From: an uncultured Acidimicrobiia bacterium | GTDB taxonomy: Bacteria; Actinomycetota; Acidimicrobiia; Acidimicrobiales; SZUA-35 | Direction: 5' to 3' | Assembly (NCBI GenBank): GCA_965530755.1 | Contig: CBESNA010000019.1 | Span: 2,102 to 66,101 of the forward strand | DNA length: 64,000 nt | In this document: positions 57,293-64,000 of the stretch, piece by piece | Position numbering within the stretch: position 1 is the stretch's first letter | Layout: every line of letters begins with the position of its first letter | Notes under the pieces: model-generated | The model's database searches: none | What the model saw: only the letters and a program-made list of their open reading frames with translations | What the model was told of the DNA's origin: nothing | Made by a program: the position numbers and the translations under genes

Positions 57293-58705
57293 TCAGGAGC
57301 TGAGCGATCGCCAGGTGTGGCCCGGCAGGAGGATCTCGTCCTGGCTGGTGGGGCCGTTCGAGCCTGCTGGGTAGGGCTCGGATCGTCCCTGACTCCAGGC
57401 GTCGAGGACGGGGTCGAGGATGTGCCAGGCCCAGTCGATTTCGTCGACGCGCAGGAACGGGGTGTGGTCGCCTTCGAGCACGTCGAGCAGGAGCTGCTGA
57501 TAGGCGGTGACCGTTTCGGTGGTGGTTCCGTAGTCGGTGTGGAGGTGGCTTCGCTCTGCGGCCATCTCCAGGCCGGGGGTCTTGGTCTGGAGGAACAGAT
57601 CGATGCCTTCGGGTTGGTCGAGGCGGAAGATCAGCCAATTCGGTTCCGGCTTCGAGAGCTGCGTGTGGTGGAACAGCTGGGTGGGTGGTTCGCGGAACCG
57701 GTAGGCGATCTCGGAGAACTTGGCGCCGAGCCGTTTGCCTGATCGGAGGTAGAAGGGCACGCCTTGCCAGCGCCAGTTGTCGACCTGGAGGCGGACTGCG
57801 GCGAAGGTCTCGGTTGTGCTGTCGGCGTCGATACCGGGTTCATCGCGGTACCCGTCGACGAGCCTTCCCTGCTGGTTGCCCCTGGTGTACTGGCCGCGGG
57901 CGGCCCATGTGTTCACATCGGCGGAGGATCGGCGGACCGAGCGAAGAATCTCGACCTTGTGGTCGCGGAGCACTTCGGCGTCCCACACGGCGGGTGGGTC
58001 CATCGCCGCAAGGCAGAAGAGTTGGATGAGGTGGTTCTGGATCATGTCGCGTAGCGCGCCGATGCCGTCGTAGTAGCGGTAGCGGCCTTCGACGCCGAGG
58101 GTTTCGGCGACAGTGATCTGGACCTGGTCGACGTGGGTTGCGCACAGCAGCGGCTCGATGACTCGGTTGGCGAAGCGCATGACGCTGAGGTTCTGAACGG
58201 TTTCCTTGCCGAGGAAGTGGTCGATGCGGAAGATCTGGCTCTCGTCCCAGTGGCGGTGGAGGTCGGCCTCGAGGGCGGCGGCGGTGGCCCGGTTGGTGCC
58301 GAAAGGCTTTTCAACGACGAGGTGGTGGTTGCCGATGTCGGTGATGCCGGAATCGGCGATCGCGTCTGCGGCTTTGGGGAACAACCCGGGGGGAAGCGCC
58401 AGGTAGTGGACGTTCGTCTCCGACATCAACGGTCTGAGATAGGCGACTGTTGTCGCGGTGAGATCGCCTTGCCGATAGCTCCACCGGTTCAGCAGCCGAG
58501 TCAATGTTGCCGGTTCGGTGTTCTCGGCGGCCAGTGCGGTCTCGATGTGGTTGGTGAAGTGGTCTTGGGTCCAGTCCTCGAGCGCAGTTGCGACGAGTCG
58601 AACGTCGTGGAGATGACCAAGCTCTTCGAGCCGGTACATGGCCGGGTACAGGAGCCGGCCGGCGAGGTCCCCGGTTGCTCCGAAGATGACGATGGTTGTG
58701 GTCAT
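57293..58705 (-). CDS. zwf: Glucose-6-phosphate dehydrogenase
   Basis: The N-terminus IFGATGDLAGR and the active-site block RIDHFLGKE are present. Confidence 0.9.
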   Translation of the reverse strand: MTTTIVIFGATGDLAGRLLYPAMYRLEELGHLHDVRLVATALEDWTQDHFTNHIETALAAENTEPATLTRLLNRWSYRQGDLTATTVAYLRPLMSETNVHYLALPPGLFPKAADAIADSGITDIGNHHLVVEKPFGTNRATAAALEADLHRHWDESQIFRIDHFLGKETVQNLSVMRFANRVIEPLLCATHVDQVQITVAETLGVEGRYRYYDGIGALRDMIQNHLIQLFCLAAMDPPAVWDAEVLRDHKVEILRSVRRSSADVNTWAARGQYTRGNQQGRLVDGYRDEPGIDADSTTETFAAVRLQVDNWRWQGVPFYLRSGKRLGAKFSEIAYRFREPPTQLFHHTQLSKPEPNWLIFRLDQPEGIDLFLQTKTPGLEMAAERSHLHTDYGTTTETVTAYQQLLLDVLEGDHTPFLRVDEIDWAWHILDPVLDAWSQGRSEPYPAGSNGPTSQDEILLPGHTWRSLSS

Positions 58706-58713
58706 GGCGCTTC

Positions 58714-59844
58714 TTACGGGCTCGGTTCAAGGATTCCACGGTGCCTTGGGGCCGCAGTGAGGTCGAGCGCGAGGGAGGCGAGATTGGTGTGACCGGCTGC
58801 CGATGGGGTCGCTTGCCGTGCGGCGACGACCTGGTTGTACAACTGGAGGTGGCGTTGTGTCATGTGGATGGTGCTGAAGCGTTCTTCGACGGTGGCCCGG
58901 CATAGATCGCGGTCAATCGTGTGGATCTGGTGCACGGCGGCGATGAGTTCTTGGTCGGTGTCGGCGAGAAAGCCGTTTGTTCGATTGACGATGATCTCCG
59001 GGGCGGCGCCCTCTCGAAACGACAGAACCGGGGTTCCGCATGCGAGGGCTTCGATCATGACCATCCCGAAGGGTTCGGGCCAGCGGATGGGGTTGATGAG
59101 TGCCTGGGCGTGGCCGAGTAGCTCCAGTTTGTGGTCCCCCTTGACCTCGCCCACATAGACAACGTCATCACCGAGGGATGGCTCGATCTGGGCCTCGAAG
59201 TATCGCCGTTCGGACTCCTCGCGCATCTTGGCTGCGATGAGGAGGCGCTTTCCTGCGGCTCGGGCCATGCGGATGGCGCGGTGTGCGCCCTTCTCGGATG
59301 CCATCCGGCCGAGAAACAAGAGGTAGTCGCCGGATCCGTCACCAATGGGAAACGCATCAGGGTCGACCCCGTGGTGGATGACGGCGGCGATCCGCACGCC
59401 ACTGGCGCGGCTGGCCTGGTCGTGGGAGATGGAGATCACGCCGACGGTGTCGCAGATGCGTCGATAGAGATCGTTGAGCTCGTCGTTGAACGGGCCGTGG
59501 TTGGTGGTGACCACGGGCGCTTCGGTGAACCCGGAGACTGCGGCGAGTATCGGGCCGGCCATGGTGTGATCGTGGATGATGTCCACGCCGGCGGCAGCCA
59601 TCGCGTCGTAGGCAGCGGTGACGTGTCGCAGCTCGGGGACGCAGGATCCAATGCGCATCCCTTCGGCGCGGTCGAGCACGAATTTCATCGGCACCGGGCA
59701 GGTGCTTTCTCCGACAGTGAAGAGCACGACGTCGTTGCCGGCGGCCTGCAGGCCCCGGGCGAGTTGGTCGATGACGGCTTCGGTGCCGCCGTAGCCGACC
59801 GGCGGGATGGCGGCCCAGGGCGGTGCGATGAGTCCGATCTTCAT
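58714..59844 (-). CDS. Glycosyltransferase family 4 (GT-B)
   Basis: The ATG at 59844 gives MKIGLIAPPWAAIPPVGYGGTE. The C-terminal E-x7-E region reads PEPFGMVMIEALACGTP. The upstream part of the track ORF is rejected. Confidence 0.85.
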   Translation of the reverse strand: MKIGLIAPPWAAIPPVGYGGTEAVIDQLARGLQAAGNDVVLFTVGESTCPVPMKFVLDRAEGMRIGSCVPELRHVTAAYDAMAAAGVDIIHDHTMAGPILAAVSGFTEAPVVTTNHGPFNDELNDLYRRICDTVGVISISHDQASRASGVRIAAVIHHGVDPDAFPIGDGSGDYLLFLGRMASEKGAHRAIRMARAAGKRLLIAAKMREESERRYFEAQIEPSLGDDVVYVGEVKGDHKLELLGHAQALINPIRWPEPFGMVMIEALACGTPVLSFREGAAPEIIVNRTNGFLADTDQELIAAVHQIHTIDRDLCRATVEERFSTIHMTQRHLQLYNQVVAARQATPSAAGHTNLASLALDLTAAPRHRGILEPSP

Positions 59845-60059
59845 GATCGGCTGCTGGGTTTGGGTTGGTCGGATTTGAGTCGCCAGACGTAGCCGAGGCT
59901 GTAGTGCCATTGGCCGCCACACGCGAGGCAGGTGAAGGCGACCGGTTCGGTGTCGTTGATGAGGAAGTCGCGTGAGTTGCAGTCGGGGCAATCGGCGAAC
60001 AGGCCGTGGTCTCCGTGCACGTGGTGGGTCGTCGTCGATGGTGGCGGTGATGTGATCAT
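59841..60059 (-). CDS. Small zinc-ribbon protein (72 aa)
   Basis: CPDC...(16 aa)...CLAC forms two CxxC pairs. The stop overlaps the GT4 ATG (ATGA). Confidence 0.5.
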   Translation of the reverse strand: MITSPPPSTTTHHVHGDHGLFADCPDCNSRDFLINDTEPVAFTCLACGGQWHYSLGYVWRLKSDQPKPSSRS

Positions 60060-60093
60060 GGTTGCGGGCTCCGTGGTTGTTGGTCGCGGTCTG

Positions 60094-62259
60094 TCATCGC
60101 GGTTCGCTGTCGTTCTCTGGTTCGGGTGTGGTGGGGTGGATCGTGACCCCCGGGTTGAGGCCGGTGATTCGGATCGAACCGTCTGCGACCTCGATCGTTG
60201 CTCTTCGGGCTCCGACGGCGACTTGTTCGACCCGGAGTCCATCGAGCTCGGGACCAGGGTCGGGTCGGATGTGGACTCGGCCGGCGGGAATGTCGGGGTC
60301 GAGGCCGAGGAGGGATCTGAGGACCAGCAGCGGAGCAGCCGCTGCCCACGCTTGGGGCGAGCAGGATGACGGGTAGGGGACAGGGGCTGGGAGGTCGTCA
60401 CGGCCGAAGCCGGCGAAGAGCTCTGGAAGGCGTCCTGCGGTGAAGGTCGACGCGTCGAGGAGACCGGCAGCAAGCTGGGCGGCTTGTTCGTGATGGCCGT
60501 AGCGGGCGAGGCCGGCGACGGCGATGGCGGTGTCGTGGGGCCACACTGAGCCGCAGTGATAGGAGAGGGGGTTGTAGCCGCCGTTGGCAGTATCGAGGGT
60601 GCGCAACCCCCAGCCGCTGAACAGGCCAGGGCCGGTGAGCGACGCCGCAACGGCGGCCGAATGCTCGGTGTCGGCTATGCCGGTCCACAGGCAGTGACCA
60701 GGGTTCGACGTCGCACTGGCGATGGGTTGCTTGTCGCGGTCGAGCCCGATGGCGTAGGTGCCGAGGCTGTCGACCCAGAAATCGGCGTTGAATCGGTGCT
60801 TGAGTGCACTCGCTTCGCTGCGGCGCTGCGCCGCCATCGCACGGTCGCCGAATGCGTCGGCGAGCTCGGCTCGGCCCAAGAGGGCCCCGTAGACGTAGGC
60901 CTGTACTTCGCAGAGCGCAATGGGGGCCTCGGCGATGCTGCCGTCGGCGTGACGGATGCCGTCCCAGGAGTCCTTCCAGCCTTGGTTCTCGAGCCCTTGA
61001 GGGGTGGAGCGCTGGTATTCGACGTAGCCGTCGCCGTCGGAGTCTCCGTAGTTGTCGACCCAATCGAGGGCGCGGTCTGCATTGGGGAGTAGCTGGTCGA
61101 CGAGGTCGCGGTCTGCGGTCCAACGCCAATACTCGGCCAGGAGCATCACGAACAGGGGGGTGGCGTCGATGGTGCCGTAGTAGATGTTGTGGCCGCCGAG
61201 CGATCGGGCGGTTGAGGCGTCGAATCTGACTTCGTGCAGGATCCGGCCGGGTTGCTCCTCTGTGAGGGGGTTTTCCGTTGCGCCCTGGAGCTCGGCCAGC
61301 GAGTGCAGAACGCCACGGGCGAGGTCGTGATCGACGATCAGCGCCATCCAGGCCGCCAGGATCGAGTCGCGACCGAACAGCGTCATGAACCAGGGCGCTC
61401 CCGCCGCCACGACCACGCGACTGGGATGGTCGGGGTCGAAGATGCGCAAGGCGCCGAGATCTTCGATCGCTTGGTCGACGGCCCGCGCCATCGAGGGATC
61501 GCCGGCGGTCATGCGGGGTGCGTCGTTTCGCCACTGATGGAGACGTCTGACGGGGATGGCGTCGGCCACGGGATCACCGCAGCGGTAGCTCGGCTCGATC
61601 GTGTTCTGGTCGATCTGGAGCTGTATCTCGGTGCACAGGCGCCAGGCACCACCACCGCTGATGTCGACCAGCCAGCCGTCGTTGTCATTGGGAGCAGGGC
61701 AGTGGCCCAGGCTGAGGGTCATGGCGCTGTGCGGACAGGAGAGCTCGGTGCCGTCGGCGGTGCGACGGCGTTCGACGTGTTGGGTGTCGCGGATGCGTCC
61801 GGCTTTGACGTCGAACAGGCTGGCGAAGTCGCTTCTCGCCTGGAGCCGCACACGTACCGTCGAGGTTGTCGCACCGTGGTTGCGGATCTCGAGGTCTTCG
61901 CGCATTCCTCGCCCGACATGGCGGCGGCGGATGACTGACAGGGCCGAGTCGGCGCGACCTGCCGTCGCCGGCGTTCGGCCAACGAAAGTTGCGGAGAACG
62001 GACCGTTGGCGATGGTGCTCAGCGACTCGACGCGGGCTCCGTCGATGGTGAGCACGAGCCGGTCGAGCACGCGCGTGTCCGACATGAAGAGCCCGTGGGG
62101 TCCGCTGCCGTCGATGTCGCCGGATCTAGCGCTCACCGCAAAGGTGGAGCCGTCAACGAGCGTCACTTCCGTGCCCGGACCAGCCGGGGTCACCTGTTCT
62201 GCGTCCTGAGTCCAGGGGGTGTCGGCCGGCGAGGGAGGTTCGAAGTCTGACCGGTTCAT
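60094..62259 (-). CDS. Amylo-alpha-1,6-glucosidase / glycogen-debranching-enzyme family protein (paralog 1)
   Basis: The ATG at 62259 overlaps the upstream stop. GDE_N-like (VDGSTFAVSARSGDI..GLFMSDTRVL) and GDE_C-like (PWFMTLFGRDS, GWKDSWDG, YHCGSVWPHD) blocks are present. The Arg/Pro-rich upstream part of the track ORF is rejected. Confidence 0.85.
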   Translation of the reverse strand: MNRSDFEPPSPADTPWTQDAEQVTPAGPGTEVTLVDGSTFAVSARSGDIDGSGPHGLFMSDTRVLDRLVLTIDGARVESLSTIANGPFSATFVGRTPATAGRADSALSVIRRRHVGRGMREDLEIRNHGATTSTVRVRLQARSDFASLFDVKAGRIRDTQHVERRRTADGTELSCPHSAMTLSLGHCPAPNDNDGWLVDISGGGAWRLCTEIQLQIDQNTIEPSYRCGDPVADAIPVRRLHQWRNDAPRMTAGDPSMARAVDQAIEDLGALRIFDPDHPSRVVVAAGAPWFMTLFGRDSILAAWMALIVDHDLARGVLHSLAELQGATENPLTEEQPGRILHEVRFDASTARSLGGHNIYYGTIDATPLFVMLLAEYWRWTADRDLVDQLLPNADRALDWVDNYGDSDGDGYVEYQRSTPQGLENQGWKDSWDGIRHADGSIAEAPIALCEVQAYVYGALLGRAELADAFGDRAMAAQRRSEASALKHRFNADFWVDSLGTYAIGLDRDKQPIASATSNPGHCLWTGIADTEHSAAVAASLTGPGLFSGWGLRTLDTANGGYNPLSYHCGSVWPHDTAIAVAGLARYGHHEQAAQLAAGLLDASTFTAGRLPELFAGFGRDDLPAPVPYPSSCSPQAWAAAAPLLVLRSLLGLDPDIPAGRVHIRPDPGPELDGLRVEQVAVGARRATIEVADGSIRITGLNPGVTIHPTTPEPENDSEPR

Positions 62260-64000
62260 GCGTGCCTGCTTTGGTCGGAGGCCCCGGAGGAGACCTTTGG
62301 GCAAGGTGTCGCCGAGGAAGTTCTGCCCTCGAACTCGATCTCGAGGTCTCCTCGCACGAGGTCGCATCGGACCTCGTTCGAGCCGTCTGGCTTCCGTTGC
62401 AGGATCAGGTTCAGCGCGGCGTTGCCGATCTCGATGTTGTCGACACGTAGGTCGGGCAGCCAGCTCGGGAGAGTGGCCGCGATGGTGAGCCGATTCTTGT
62501 CGGCGTCTGGCACGAGGCCGAGCAGAGTCGTGAGTAGGTGGACGATTGCGCCTGATGCCCAGGCCTGGGGGACGTTGGCGCCGAGGTATGGCACTGGGAA
62601 CCCGTTGTGGTCGCGAGGAAGGCCGGCGAACAGTTCGGGGAGTCGCCGGTCCTTGAATCGCTCGGCGGCGTCGAAGATCCCTCCGGCGATCTGGGTGGCC
62701 TCGTTGTCGAGCCCATACCGTCTCATGCCCGCAGCGAGGATCGCGTTGTCGTGGGGCCACACCGATCCCCGGTGATAGGAAAACGGGTTGTACGACACAT
62801 GGTCGGCAGAGAGGGTGCGGACCCCCCAGCCGCTCCACATGTCCGGCGCCAGCAGCCGACGCGCTGTCTGCACAGCGCGGTCGGGGTCGACGGCGTGAGT
62901 CCACAGCAGATGGCCTGCGTTGGAGGCGACAGTTCGAATTGGCTTCTTCGCCCCGTCGAGGCCCAGATAGTAGGTGCCCTCGTCCTCCCACCAGAACCGT
63001 TCCTCGACGAGCTCGGAGAGGCGGTCGGCCTCGGAACGTAGCCGATCCGCGGTCCGCTGCTCAGCCCAGACTTCGTCGACGATGTCGGCCCAGGCCCGCT
63101 TCGCAGCGATGACATAGCCTTGGAGCTCACACAAGGCGAGCGGCAATTCGGCCCGCTGGCCGTCCTCGGTGACGATCGCGTCGCCGGAGTCCTTCCAGCC
63201 CTGGTTGTAGTAGCCGCCGCGTCGAGCTCGGCTCGAATACTCCTGGAGACCGTCGCCGTCGATGTCACCGTCGGTGTCGATCCAGGCCAAGGCCCGCTCG
63301 ACGTTGGGTCGGATCGCGTCGAGCACGCTGCGGTTCCCGTGCCAACGCCAGGCTTGGGCCGCGGTCCAGACATACAGCGCCGTCGAGTCGTGGCTCCCGT
63401 AGTACGGAGTATGTGGAATCAGTCGGAAATGGGCGAGTTCGCCGCGGCGCAGCTCGTGGAGGATCTTGCCGGGCTGCATGTCGCGCTCGTCGTCGTAGCC
63501 GTCACCCTGAAGCGCACCGAGCGCGTAGAGGGCGCCCACTGGGAACATTGGGGACAACGCCAGGGTCTGCAGGGCCACGACGAGCGAATCGCGGCCGAAC
63601 AGCGCCGTGAACCACGGCACTCCCGCAGCCGGCACCCATCTGGCATCGTCGGGGACCGCGGTGGGCTCGTTCGCGGTTGCAAGCGCATCGTGTTGATGGA
63701 GGCGCAAGCTGGCGAGATCGTCCACCGCTCGCGATGCGGCATCGCTGGGCCCAGCGGCCGAGGTCGAGAATCGGGCGGCCTGAGCGAGCCATGACCTCCG
63801 GGCCTCGTCGATCGAGTGCGAGCCACCGGTGAGCGCATGGCACGACCGCACCGGAGACGCGAGATCGAGCTGGCCGCCGGCCGGTTCCCACACAAGGCAG
63901 GTGTGCCACCGCTGACCACGGTCGAGCTGTACCCGGAACGAGATGCCGCCGTTCGCGAATTCAGGAGCCGAATCCGAACGCTCTGCCCTGACAGTAAGGG
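62256..64000 (-). CDS. Amylo-alpha-1,6-glucosidase family protein (paralog 2), 5'-truncated by the window edge
   Basis: The same blocks are present (PWFTALFGRDS, GWKDSGD, YHRGSVWPHD). I checked by hand that the reading frame stays open upstream of 63893 to position 64000, so the true start lies outside the window. Confidence 0.8.
   Translation of the reverse strand, partial: LTVRAERSDSAPEFANGGISFRVQLDRGQRWHTCLVWEPAGGQLDLASPVRSCHALTGGSHSIDEARRSWLAQAARFSTSAAGPSDAASRAVDDLASLRLHQHDALATANEPTAVPDDARWVPAAGVPWFTALFGRDSLVVALQTLALSPMFPVGALYALGALQGDGYDDERDMQPGKILHELRRGELAHFRLIPHTPYYGSHDSTALYVWTAAQAWRWHGNRSVLDAIRPNVERALAWIDTDGDIDGDGLQEYSSRARRGGYYNQGWKDSGDAIVTEDGQRAELPLALCELQGYVIAAKRAWADIVDEVWAEQRTADRLRSEADRLSELVEERFWWEDEGTYYLGLDGAKKPIRTVASNAGHLLWTHAVDPDRAVQTARRLLAPDMWSGWGVRTLSADHVSYNPFSYHRGSVWPHDNAILAAGMRRYGLDNEATQIAGGIFDAAERFKDRRLPELFAGLPRDHNGFPVPYLGANVPQAWASGAIVHLLTTLLGLVPDADKNRLTIAATLPSWLPDLRVDNIEIGNAALNLILQRKPDGSNEVRCDLVRGDLEIEFEGRTSSATPCPKVSSGASDQSRHA

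Overview
This is a GC-rich, gene-dense chromosomal segment that looks Actinomycetota-like. I cannot assign it more precisely. I support about 60 protein-coding genes. I found no rRNA, tRNA, CRISPR array, transposase or integrase. Many neighbouring genes overlap by 1-4 nt (ATGA, GTGA, TGATG), which suggests translationally coupled operons. All family calls come from motifs read in the supplied translations, since no searches could be run.

Contents in order:
- A tryptophan-to-3-hydroxyanthranilate (kynurenine) cluster, followed by ALDH, DapA-like and aspartate-dehydrogenase-like genes.
- A formate/nitrite-family channel and two unusual membrane proteins.
- A GH15 hydrolase and a Crp/Fnr regulator.
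- A compact RiPP-like locus: a membrane-anchored P450, a lasso-type B2 peptidase, an NTF2-PqqD(RRE) fusion, and an unannotated 44-aa precursor.
- A DUF1704 (QEGLA) metallopeptidase, GshB-like ATP-grasp and FGase-like triad.
- A sugar ABC importer.
- A suf Fe-S assembly operon.
- A divergent histidine-utilisation regulon carrying several non-canonical inserted genes.
- Malic enzyme.
- An adenylate-cyclase/STAND ATPase followed by two unknown proteins and a DyP peroxidase with a catalase-like tail.
- A two-component pair.
- A zwf / GT4 / Zn-ribbon / tandem debranching-enzyme operon that runs off the window end.

The strongest novelty candidate is at 14.6-17.6 kb. The 44-aa peptide carries an exact lasso-type leader (Y-17, P-14, L-12, T-2). 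It is followed by only a 7-residue, acid-free core (SIGSGLT). No lasso cyclase is present in the window. A cytochrome P450 sits where a tailoring or cyclising enzyme would be expected.
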